Program-made: the position numbers and the translations under genes | The notes under the pieces: generated by a model | Database searches by the model: none | What the model saw: only the letters and a program-made list of their open reading frames with translations | What the model was told of the DNA's origin: nothing | Shown here: positions 29,176 through 36,450 of the stretch, piece by piece | Numbering within the stretch: position 1 is the first letter of the stretch | Layout of the letters: the number at the start of each line of letters is the position of its first letter | Virus record (IMG/VR): IMGVR_UViG_640753023_000013 | Direction: 5' to 3' (one strand) | Source of the DNA: a virus | Lineage: Duplodnaviria > Heunggongvirae > Uroviricota > Caudoviricetes | Length of the DNA: 40,738 nucleotides

Positions 29176-29519
29176 ACTATTAATTTCGTTTCATGCCAGC
29201 CTTTAGTCACCCAGCATTGTGAGTCACCATTACACGGGCATGAATTAACGGGAACTCTCTCGCCGCACTTACCGCAAAGTTTTCTGCTGATCGATTTTAT
29301 ACGCCCGCGCACACGTGCATCATCCTGGCGGATCAGCAGCGCGATGTACTCGGCCATTTCATAGGGATCGCGACCAGGGCGCCGGGCGGCGCAGTTCCGC
29401 GCCAGCATTTCCTGCTCCTGCTTATCCAGCACCAGTTCAATTTTGCGCTCACCGGCGGCGGACTGCCGAGCGCGCTGCGCGGCTTTGCGTTCTGCGGGGG
29501 ATTTAGCCACGAATCGCAC
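29172..29519 (-). CDS. Cys-rich hypothetical protein (CxxC...CPC), candidate late-gene regulator
   Basis: 115 aa, basic N-terminal half, C-terminal CGKCGERVPVNSCPCNGDSQC; GTG start, weak RBS. Confidence 0.45.
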   Translation of the reverse strand: MRFVAKSPAERKAAQRARQSAAGERKIELVLDKQEQEMLARNCAARRPGRDPYEMAEYIALLIRQDDARVRGRIKSISRKLCGKCGERVPVNSCPCNGDSQCWVTKGWHETKLIV

Positions 29520-29625
29520 TCCACGCCAGATTGATTAATGACTCCCAGGCAATATAAACCAGGATACCAGCAGCCAGGCCGAAACCAATCACCATGGCAT
29601 AAAGCAGAGCGTTGCACTTGTTCAT
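29503..29625 (-). CDS. 40-aa single-TM membrane peptide
   Basis: ATG overlapping the upstream stop (TAATG) with strong RBS GGAGGTGA; hydrophobic core. Confidence 0.5.
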   Translation of the reverse strand: MNKCNALLYAMVIGFGLAAGILVYIAWESLINLAWSAIRG

Positions 29626-30155
29626 TACTTCACCTCCTGCGGCGGTTCCGGTAGAGGCATCCAGTACAAGGCGTTCCCTAACCACGATAAAGTGCCGTCG
29701 CTCAACTCCACGTATTCCCCTTGTACCTGTCCTGCCATATACTCGCCGTGCTTTGAATAAATTAAAATCCAATCATCTTGAGCGGGCATTCGCTCACTAC
29801 AGCTTATCCAACCATCCGGAGTTACCGGATAGTTGCCCGACAGCTCGTTCAACTTGTAAGTTTGGCTTACAGGTTCGGCTTCCAGTTCTGCAATGCGCTT
29901 CTCTGCAGCTTCCAGCTCAACACGCAGCTTCCCTACCGTTAGCGCAATATCCTCGTTCTCCTGGTCACGGCGTTTGATGTATTGCTGGTTTCTTTCCCGT
30001 TCATCCAACAATGCCAGCGCGATATCTGGCGAAAAGTGCTTCATAAAATCGTTAAGCGCATTAATTCGCTGATCGAAAGGCATTACAGGTGCTTCACCAG
30101 CAATTTTTGTTTTTTCAGCGATTTCACGAAGCTTTTGATAATCAATCTTGCTCAC
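29625..30155 (-). CDS. Ead/Ea22-like protein with C-terminal DUF551
   Basis: C-terminal W...YWMPLPEPP signature of DUF551; GTG start with GGAGG RBS. Confidence 0.65.
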   Translation of the reverse strand: MSKIDYQKLREIAEKTKIAGEAPVMPFDQRINALNDFMKHFSPDIALALLDERERNQQYIKRRDQENEDIALTVGKLRVELEAAEKRIAELEAEPVSQTYKLNELSGNYPVTPDGWISCSERMPAQDDWILIYSKHGEYMAGQVQGEYVELSDGTLSWLGNALYWMPLPEPPQEVK

Positions 30156-30565
30156 TGGTTGCCTCCTTCGCGAAGCTGTTCAGCAATACTTACGCATATC
30201 TCTGCGCCTCTAATCAGCCCCGGAACGTTCTTGTTTGGCCCAACTTCACCATCAACAAAATCAATCATCGCGTTACGAGCCATATCCACCCCCTGCGCAC
30301 GTACTTCAGCCAGGAGAGCGTCGGTAGCTGGGGTTTCCGTGAAGTTGTCCTCCCAACCGTAGTACTCCTGACGACAGAAGTTATTAAATTCCTTCTCCGA
30401 CTGTTTAAGCGCCGCATTCTCCGCTGCCAGCGCCGCGCACCTGGCCTCAAGAGCGGCAACCACTTCCTGATGGTCTTTGTACTTAACGTATGAGCCGGAG
30501 ATGTCATCACCTTCGGTGTTTAGCCATGCGTCATTGCAATTCACTGCGTAGGTTCTGATGCTCAT
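30152..30565 (-). CDS. Ead/Ea22-like protein
   Basis: Shares AAENAALK and TPATDALLAEV segments with the 31045-31524 product. Confidence 0.6.
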   Translation of the reverse strand: MSIRTYAVNCNDAWLNTEGDDISGSYVKYKDHQEVVAALEARCAALAAENAALKQSEKEFNNFCRQEYYGWEDNFTETPATDALLAEVRAQGVDMARNAMIDFVDGEVGPNKNVPGLIRGAEICVSIAEQLREGGNQ

Positions 30566-30744
30566 GCTGATGCTCTCCCGCCCCTGACAGACGCCAGGCC
30601 AGTCAATAAACTATCCGCAATGCCTACCCTCAGACGTGCGCGCAGGATAAATGCCGTTATAACCGGCAAAATATATGCTACCCATTCATCTTGCGTTGCC
30701 TGTTCCGCCGCCTCACGCAGTGCCTGATAGTCAATCTTGCTCAC
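30562..30744 (-). pseudogene. Possible remnant of an Ea22-like gene (N-terminal 15 codons conserved, then divergent)
   Basis: GTG start with GGAGG RBS inside a 33-nt near-repeat of the start region of the 29625-30155 gene. Confidence 0.3.
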
Positions 30745-31048
30745 TGGCTGCCTCCTTTGCTGGGCTTTCGAACTTCTGAGTGGTTGTATCAAACTCAAAC
30801 AACTTAACCACGTCATCAAACAGGACATAATCGCCATCAGAATCTTCAGTCATGTCAGCGCCACAATCCTGACCGAACGAGTCACAACCATCCATATCAA
30901 GCTCGTATCGCTTGAGGTTTGCGATATTTGATAAATTCAGCGCCAGTACAGCTAGGTCATAAACCTCGTCAGCGGTATACCCTGCACCATGCCCATACAT
31001 TTCAATGCGGGATATGATTTCTTCTACACGTTGTTTTGTGATCGTCAT
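30731..31048 (-). CDS. Hypothetical acidic protein
   Basis: 105 aa, AGGGAGG RBS, ATGA overlap with the upstream gene. Confidence 0.5.
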   Translation of the reverse strand: MTITKQRVEEIISRIEMYGHGAGYTADEVYDLAVLALNLSNIANLKRYELDMDGCDSFGQDCGADMTEDSDGDYVLFDDVVKLFEFDTTTQKFESPAKEAASEQD

Positions 31049-31524
31049 TTTTGCTCGCCTCCCTGTTCTTCCAGAAAAATACGCATAGCCTCAAGCATCT
31101 CTTCGGTGTCATACGGAGACAGCTTGTCACGCAGGATGTGTTCAATGCTGTTAATGAACTTTCGGATTGCTTTGCGTTCAATTTCAGCCAGGAATGCGTC
31201 GGTGGCTGGGGTGTCTGATTGCAGAGACTTTGCGCGATAGTCATTCCACCCTCTTGCATACATGGGATTAACTTGCACTCCATCTTTTACGCAATATGCC
31301 TGCCCTCCACGGTTGATAACCTTGATTTCGTCCATAGCGCCAGACTTCAGACCCGCATTCTCCGCCGCCAGCGCATTAGCACGCACCAGTTGCACTTCCA
31401 GTTGCGTTGCCAAATCGCTGAGCAGCTTTGCCACACTGCGCATATCAACGGCACCACATTCTGCTTTCAGTTCCGAAGCCATCTCATGCCCGGCGGCAAC
31501 TAACCCTTTGATATTACTTTCCAT
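31045..31524 (-). CDS. Ead/Ea22-like protein
   Basis: Paralog of the 30152-30565 product. Confidence 0.6.
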   Translation of the reverse strand: MESNIKGLVAAGHEMASELKAECGAVDMRSVAKLLSDLATQLEVQLVRANALAAENAGLKSGAMDEIKVINRGGQAYCVKDGVQVNPMYARGWNDYRAKSLQSDTPATDAFLAEIERKAIRKFINSIEHILRDKLSPYDTEEMLEAMRIFLEEQGGEQK

Positions 31525-31585
31525 CTTTACCCTCGCTTATCCACATAACTTATTGATTACATTGATAACTAAAAAGATCGTCGAT

Positions 31586-31930
31586 TCAGAACTCTTCGAT
31601 GTTCCAGCCACCACCTGCTTTCTTTGGTTTAACCGTTACCCCGATGATTCGGAACGGATACTGATCTGCGGCGACTTTGGTTTTCACCCTGGCGTCGTCG
31701 GTCCAGAAACCTTTCACTTCGTGCAGTTCCATCTCTCCGGTGGCGAGCATCACAGCGAAATCTGGCGTATAGAACGTGTTGTCAGCTAACCGCAGCTTGA
31801 TACCCTCGAATCGATACCAGGCGATTTCCCCTGCACGTTTACGCATCTCAAGGTGCTGGCAATACGCAGATTCTGTTTTGTTCATCTGGCCTGTTTTGAG
31901 TCGACCAAGAGCCTGTATCTGTTTTCTCAT
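31586..31930 (-). CDS. DUF1064-type phage protein
   Basis: 114 aa with the conserved YTPDF...ELHEVKG pattern as I recall it for this family. Confidence 0.55.
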   Translation of the reverse strand: MRKQIQALGRLKTGQMNKTESAYCQHLEMRKRAGEIAWYRFEGIKLRLADNTFYTPDFAVMLATGEMELHEVKGFWTDDARVKTKVAADQYPFRIIGVTVKPKKAGGGWNIEEF

Positions 31931-31933
31931 GAT

Positions 31934-31948
31934 TTACCTCTGAGGTAA
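31934..31948. promoter_or_regulatory. Operator palindrome TTACC-TCTGA-GGTAA (site 5, perfect), 4 nt from the DUF1064 start codon
   Basis: Perfect half-sites; overlaps the RBS. Confidence 0.55.
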
Positions 31949-31995
31949 TTAAAAACCACATAAGACACGAAATCAATAGAGTTTAGAATATTTTG

Positions 31996-32010
31996 TTACC
32001 CAACAGGTAA
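31996..32010. promoter_or_regulatory. Operator palindrome TTACC-CAACA-GGTAA (site 6, perfect)
   Basis: Perfect half-sites, 48 bp from site 5. Confidence 0.55.
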
Positions 32011-32020
32011 CTATCAAGAC

Positions 32021-32046
32021 ATAAAAAAATGCGCTATCGCGCTGGT
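32021..32046 (-). terminator. Weak Rho-independent terminator after the P-like gene
   Basis: GCGC-tat-CGCGC hairpin with a 7-U run on the minus strand. Confidence 0.35.
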
Positions 32047-32047
32047 A

Positions 32048-32824
32048 TTACTTGATAAATCCTGCCGCCTTTCCCCGCCTGTATTCCTCCATCAGCCACT
32101 GCGCCGGTGTTATTCCCCCCAGGGTGGCGGCGTTAGGCATGCACCCGAAACTTCGCCCTGGCGGGTGGTAAACGTCTCTCCCTGTGTCCGGAGGCGTACT
32201 CATGGGTTCTGGCTTTGCCTGTATGCTGATCACCGGATCGGGTATCTGCTGTCCGGAAGCCACCTTTTTCGCCCAATCATCGAGCAGCCTGCGCGCGTGT
32301 TTCTCAACCTCAATCTCGCTAAGCTGGCGCTGATACATTGCACGGCGGGTATCACATACGACCCAGTACATAACCGGATGCCGCCACGGGAATCTTTCGG
32401 GACCACCAGGATATAAACTTTTTTCCTTGCTGTACCGGTGAAACTCCGCCATCACATCGTCAATGGTGACGCCAAGAACCATCTTGCTGTCTTTACACCA
32501 CTTGATGAATTGCCCTGGCGACGGCCAGAACGGAGACTCACTGGCGCGGGCGTGGCGCATACCAGCGTTAACCTGTTCCATTGTAGTGATCCCATTCTCC
32601 AGAAACGCAAGCATCCATTGCTTACGGAATTCATTAAGTTTGTTCTGCTCCCTTATGGTCGAAACGCTTGCAGGAAATGCAGCCTGTAACTGGACAAATA
32701 GTTCATTGAAAATTCTAGCAACCTGCTCCTTTTTGCCATTGCTGTCACGCCGCTCTTCATGCACAGCAACACCATGCTCACGTAAGCGATCGTACTCATT
32801 GAGAAGTTCTGGAGTTGATTTCAT
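32048..32824 (-). CDS. Replication protein P-like (DnaB helicase loader)
   Basis: Close resemblance to lambda P (WMLAFLENGITTMEQVNAGMRHAR, PSPGQFIKWC). Confidence 0.8.
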   Translation of the reverse strand: MKSTPELLNEYDRLREHGVAVHEERRDSNGKKEQVARIFNELFVQLQAAFPASVSTIREQNKLNEFRKQWMLAFLENGITTMEQVNAGMRHARASESPFWPSPGQFIKWCKDSKMVLGVTIDDVMAEFHRYSKEKSLYPGGPERFPWRHPVMYWVVCDTRRAMYQRQLSEIEVEKHARRLLDDWAKKVASGQQIPDPVISIQAKPEPMSTPPDTGRDVYHPPGRSFGCMPNAATLGGITPAQWLMEEYRRGKAAGFIK

Positions 32825-33626
32825 CCCACACCCCTTCTATCCAGTCAGTGTTATTCCAGTCAAGCTCATCGCTTTTCCCGGCATTTTTTGATTTTCCCCT
32901 GATATGATTTACGTGCCTGGCGAATTTTTGTTCCCACTGAACCTGCGTGAACACTTTGCCCTCAGCCATCCAGTAATCCCGGAATGCAGCAAGTTCAGCA
33001 GGTGTAAATTCCGGTTCCGGCAGGGCCGTTCCCCACAGCGCAGCACGCCGCCGAAAATCTGGCGACGGTAGCCAGCCATCTGTCATCGGAAATTTCCCGA
33101 TGGGTTCACTCAGGCCATCCAGAAATTCAGGTTCTGCCACCTGCAACGGCGTACTGTTCGCTTCACTGGTCGGAGCACCCTCGCGCACGTGCGCTATGTG
33201 TGGGGTTTTATATATATCTTCCTCTTCCTCTTCCTCTGGTAACTCCTTTTGTAACGCTGTTGGCGTTACTTTTTGCGTTACTCGTTTTCGATGCTCTGCC
33301 ACTCTTCTATTCGTAAGTGCACGTTTTTTCGATGATTCTCCATTATGTCGCTCAAAGTTTGGAAGAATTAGTTTGCCGTCATGATAAGCAAGCCATCCGA
33401 CGCTAATGAGGGCGTCAGCAAATCCTGTAATAAAAGCGAGTCTATCAAGTACTCCTTTTGTAACGCTGCCAGCGTTACCGTCTATTGTTTGCTGGTCAGC
33501 CCATGCCCATATACGAACCAGCTTTCCAAGAACAGCATCTGGATCAATACCCAGAATTTCTGCTATCTGAAAAATTTCAGGTTTATCAGGAGTGATAACT
33601 TCAACCTTAATCCAGCTGCTTGCCAT
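32796..33626 (-). CDS. Replication initiator (O-like) with DnaT-like C-terminal domain
   Basis: C-terminal segment resembling the DnaT-type domain found in phage initiators; acidic EEEEEED linker; internal iteron-like repeats; ATG at 33626. Confidence 0.6.
   Translation of the reverse strand: MASSWIKVEVITPDKPEIFQIAEILGIDPDAVLGKLVRIWAWADQQTIDGNAGSVTKGVLDRLAFITGFADALISVGWLAYHDGKLILPNFERHNGESSKKRALTNRRVAEHRKRVTQKVTPTALQKELPEEEEEEDIYKTPHIAHVREGAPTSEANSTPLQVAEPEFLDGLSEPIGKFPMTDGWLPSPDFRRRAALWGTALPEPEFTPAELAAFRDYWMAEGKVFTQVQWEQKFARHVNHIRGKSKNAGKSDELDWNNTDWIEGVWDEINSRTSQ
33251..33281. repeat. Iteron-like cluster GTAACGC-N5-GCGTTAC plus extra GCGTTAC (candidate ori), copy 1
   Basis: Inverted repeat; an 18-nt segment is repeated at 33451-33468 in a different reading frame. 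Confidence 0.45.
33460..33478. repeat. Iteron-like inverted repeat GTAACGC-N5-GCGTTAC, copy 2
   Basis: 209 bp from copy 1. Confidence 0.45.
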
Positions 33627-33801
33627 AGGTTTCCCCTCTTGCACTCTTTAGTGCACAAGCAAATTCATTACGATGGCGGTTGGCGCTATTCATTGCACAT
33701 TCAACACATGTTCCGTTCAGAACATACCTTTCAGAGAGATGGCCGTGACGGCACCGCTTTCCTGTGAAATAGCGATTTAACCCGGCTTTTGCGGCCTCCA
33801 T
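33607..33801 (-). CDS. Small zinc-ribbon-like protein (CxH...CxxC)
   Basis: 64 aa from the ATG at 33801; weak RBS. Confidence 0.35.
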   Translation of the reverse strand: MEAAKAGLNRYFTGKRCRHGHLSERYVLNGTCVECAMNSANRHRNEFACALKSARGETYGKQLD

Positions 33802-33897
33802 TCTGGTTACTATCTTCAATTTTTCCGCCCCTTTTTGTTATTGATATTGGCTATTTTGCACAATTGGAAAATTTGATCAACCAGATTTGGTTTTTTA

Positions 33898-33912
33898 TTA
33901 CCTTTGAGGTAC
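33898..33912. promoter_or_regulatory. Operator palindrome TTACC-TTTGA-GGTAc (site 7, one mismatch)
   Basis: Between the cro-like terminator and the zinc-ribbon/O genes. Confidence 0.5.
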
Positions 33913-33920
33913 GAATAGAT

Positions 33921-33945
33921 ATGAAAAGACCGCCGGGTGGCGGTC
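33921..33945 (-). terminator. Rho-independent terminator after the cro-like gene
   Basis: GACCGCC-gggt-GGCGGTC with a U-run on the minus strand. Confidence 0.5.
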
Positions 33946-33967
33946 TACAGAGGGTTGTAGCTGGATA

Positions 33968-34198
33968 TCATGAGTAGAAGAAGTATGCCAGTTCTGCTTT
34001 TGAGCGCAGCCATTGTCTTGTTTTACAGGCTTTAAAAAGCCCATTCATCAATACCTTACCTGGCATTTTGCGCTTGCCTGTTAAGTGAGTCTGGATATAG
34101 TGACTCGTCGTTCCGGCTTCCTGTGCGAAGGCTTCACGCTCATCCGGAGTAAGTGCAAGCCAGTGCTTTTTGAAATCGAAATGTCCGTTATCGCTCAT
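33968..34198 (-). CDS. Cro-like small DNA-binding protein
   Basis: 76 aa, divergent from the repressor gene. Confidence 0.55.
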   Translation of the reverse strand: MSDNGHFDFKKHWLALTPDEREAFAQEAGTTSHYIQTHLTGKRKMPGKVLMNGLFKACKTRQWLRSKAELAYFFYS

Positions 34199-34234
34199 AG
34201 CTATTGCCTGATATTTATTTCAGATAATAAATAT

Positions 34235-34297
34235 TCACCCATAAGGTAACAAAAATCAAGGATAGTTACCTATGAGGTGCATTTACCTGTTGGGTAA
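34235..34297. promoter_or_regulatory. Immunity operator cluster: three palindrome sites (34235-34249, one mismatch; 34266-34280, two mismatches; 34283-34297, perfect)
   Basis: Three copies of TTACC-N5-GGTAA in the 154-bp repressor/cro intergenic region. Confidence 0.65.
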
Positions 34298-34352
34298 TAT
34301 TGCTTTAAATTGAATCATCTACTGATTCATATATGAGGCGATTTTCCAGAAA

Positions 34353-34937
34353 ATGAAAAGTATCCAGGACGTCCGCAGGCAAAATCTCAACGACTTGATC
34401 GACCGTGAATTCAATGGTGTTCAGACGCGGATGGCAGAAAAACTTGGAACTCAGGCAAATCTGGTAAACCGCTGGGCTCTTGGCAAGAAGGTTATCGGCG
34501 ACCAGGTTGCGCGAAAAATTGAAGCTGCCGCCAATAAACCACGTAACTGGCTTGATATCGATCGCTCGCTTTCTCAGGAAGGTTTTCAGCCTGTCGGCCC
34601 GAGCGATATAGGTCAGCTGGCGGCTCACAACCTGGAACGCTGGATGAGCGAAAGCCGCGACCTTTCAACACAGGGAAAACTTCACCGCGCATCCGGCGTC
34701 GCCCAGGTGACAATCAGCCGCCTGTTAAACAATGAGGTCAGCGTTTCCATTTCCACCCTGGAGAATGTTGCATCCGCATTCGGGCGTCACGGATATGAAC
34801 TACTGATTCACCCGCACGACCCTGCGACTATCAACTATGACCGCTCACGCTACGCATTGTTACCCGAAACCGAGAAAGCAAAGATCGAAAGTTACATTGA
34901 ATTTGTCATCAACCAGAACGAAAAAAGCAAACAATAA
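34353..34937 (+). CDS. Prophage repressor with two HTH (XRE-type) domains and no S24 peptidase domain
   Basis: Two HTH-like segments (QTRMAEKLGTQANLVNRW and LHRASGVAQVTISRLL); no Ala-Gly/Ser-Lys self-cleavage module. Confidence 0.7.
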   Translation: MKSIQDVRRQNLNDLIDREFNGVQTRMAEKLGTQANLVNRWALGKKVIGDQVARKIEAAANKPRNWLDIDRSLSQEGFQPVGPSDIGQLAAHNLERWMSESRDLSTQGKLHRASGVAQVTISRLLNNEVSVSISTLENVASAFGRHGYELLIHPHDPATINYDRSRYALLPETEKAKIESYIEFVINQNEKSKQ

Positions 34938-34957
34938 AACTATATTTTTCAGTAAGT

Positions 34958-34982
34958 AAGCCGCCTCATGGCGGCTTTTTTA
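34958..34982 (+). terminator. Rho-independent terminator after the repressor gene
   Basis: AAGCCGCC-tcat-GGCGGCTT followed by ttttt. Confidence 0.75.
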
Positions 34983-34994
34983 TTGCCAGATAGA

Positions 34995-35009
34995 TTACCT
35001 TACGGGTAA
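34995..35009. promoter_or_regulatory. Operator palindrome TTACC-TTACG-GGTAA (site 11, perfect)
   Basis: 20 bp upstream of a TTGACA -35 hexamer. Confidence 0.6.
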
Positions 35010-35028
35010 TTTTTTTAACTCATATCTA

Positions 35029-35057
35029 TTGACACCAAACCAAATAAGCATAATTAT
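35029..35057 (+). promoter_or_regulatory. Candidate sigma70 early-left promoter (TTGACA, 16-17 bp spacer, TAATTA/AATTAT)
   Basis: Consensus -35; -10 candidates directly followed by operator site 12. Confidence 0.4.
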
Positions 35058-35071
35058 TACCTCAACGGTAA
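35057..35071. promoter_or_regulatory. Operator palindrome TTACC-TCAAC-GGTAA (site 12, perfect)
   Basis: Overlaps the -10/+1 region of the early-left promoter. Confidence 0.6.
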
Positions 35072-35090
35072 CAGACCGAGGTAACAAGTT

Positions 35091-35243
35091 ATGCAGTGGA
35101 AAATCATCAACGGTTGGTACTGCGTTACTGCATGCGGATTCATGAGCTGGAAGTTCCGCACCTTACAGGAAGGCATTAAGTGGGCTTTCGTCAGCAAAGA
35201 AGCTCGCGATGTAGCCAACGATAACGAGATATGGGAGGGCTGA
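35091..35243 (+). CDS. Small protein (50 aa), first gene of the early-left operon; not in the ORF track
   Basis: ATG with GAGG RBS; Trp/Cys-rich; stop overlaps the next start. Confidence 0.4.
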   Translation: MQWKIINGWYCVTACGFMSWKFRTLQEGIKWAFVSKEARDVANDNEIWEG

Positions 35244-35245
35244 TA

Positions 35246-35545
35246 ATGAACGTTAATCAGCAGAAAAATCTTCAAAAAATCATGCTGGCATTCGACAAGG
35301 ACTACCGCCTGTCAGAACAGCTATATGACCGACAAGTTGAACTGATTGAGAGCATCCGACTTCATCAACTGTCCTCAACTTTCGACGTTGTAACAGGCAA
35401 AGGCGTTCGTCAGGAAGTGCTGGAGGCTGCTAAAGACAGCCCTGAGTTCGAAGAACTGATAGATTCCTACCGGCGCGAGGCAATGGCAATTATCGCCCGC
35501 TGGGATCTGGCGGATCGGATTGATGGGCAGAGGGAAGCGGCATGA
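35246..35545 (+). CDS. Hypothetical early protein
   Basis: ATG at 35246 with GGGAGGG RBS. Confidence 0.5.
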   Translation: MNVNQQKNLQKIMLAFDKDYRLSEQLYDRQVELIESIRLHQLSSTFDVVTGKGVRQEVLEAAKDSPEFEELIDSYRREAMAIIARWDLADRIDGQREAA

Positions 35546-36441
35546 TGCAGAACGCTGGAATCATGGATAGAACAAAATACATCGGAGGAAGCGATGTTGC
35601 AGGGATTCTTGGAATTAGCCCATGGCGCACCCCGCTTGAGGTTTATCTGGATAAGGTCCAGCCACGTGTCAAACCAGTAGACCCAAGCAAGCAGAAAGTT
35701 TTCACGCGTGGCCAGCGTATGGAGCCATACGTAATAGACCTGCTTTCTGAGGAAACAGGGATGGAAATCGTTCATCGCGGAAACCGCTATATCCACCGTG
35801 ATTACGATTTTATTGCAGCTGAGATCGATGCAGAAGCAGCGTCAGGCGAGAACATTGAGATCAAAACAGTTAGTCCGTTCAAAGCCAAAGAATGGGGAGA
35901 AATCCAGACAGATGCAATTCCTGTGCATTACACGGCCCAGGCCATGCACGGGTTGATGGTTACAAACAAACAGGTATGCGTTTTCGGTGTGCTTATCGGT
36001 GGCGACGACTTCCGAATCTATCGGGTTGAGCGTGATGAAGAAACTATCCAGGCGATCTTAGAAAAAGAAATCGCTTTCTGGGACCGAGTGAAAAATCTTA
36101 ACCCGCCGGAAGCTACCAGCGTAAGCGATGTATCGCTGATGTTTGAGAAAGATGCCGGGACAAGTATCGAGGCTGACGGAAAGGCACTCGCACTATTCAA
36201 CGATCTACGAGACATGAAGTCACGCAGAAAATCACTGGAAGAAGAAATAGCTATATCAGAAGAGAAGCTGAAGATGTACATGCAAGAGCACTCAGTCCTG
36301 ACCCTGGACGGAAAGCCGCTCTGCACATGGAAATCTCAGATCAGCAACAGATTCGACCAGAAGCTATTCCAGTCAGTACACCCTGAGTTATTCGAAAAAT
36401 TCAAAACAACAACGACACAACGCGTCTTCAGAATGAAGTAA
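35542..36441 (+). CDS. YqaJ-type exonuclease (recombination)
   Basis: N-terminal segment recalled as YqaJ-like (GGSDVAGILGISPWRTPLEVY); directly upstream of recT. Confidence 0.8.
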   Translation: MMQNAGIMDRTKYIGGSDVAGILGISPWRTPLEVYLDKVQPRVKPVDPSKQKVFTRGQRMEPYVIDLLSEETGMEIVHRGNRYIHRDYDFIAAEIDAEAASGENIEIKTVSPFKAKEWGEIQTDAIPVHYTAQAMHGLMVTNKQVCVFGVLIGGDDFRIYRVERDEETIQAILEKEIAFWDRVKNLNPPEATSVSDVSLMFEKDAGTSIEADGKALALFNDLRDMKSRRKSLEEEIAISEEKLKMYMQEHSVLTLDGKPLCTWKSQISNRFDQKLFQSVHPELFEKFKTTTTQRVFRMK

Positions 36442-36450
36442 GGAGAAAAA

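Noticed and set aside
6610-35071. TTACC-N5-GGTAA copies as boxB-like RNA hairpins for an N-type antiterminator
   Set aside because: Loop sequences are not conserved while the half-sites are, copies occur in both orientations relative to transcription, and three lie in the divergent repressor/cro region; a DNA operator fits better. Not fully excluded.
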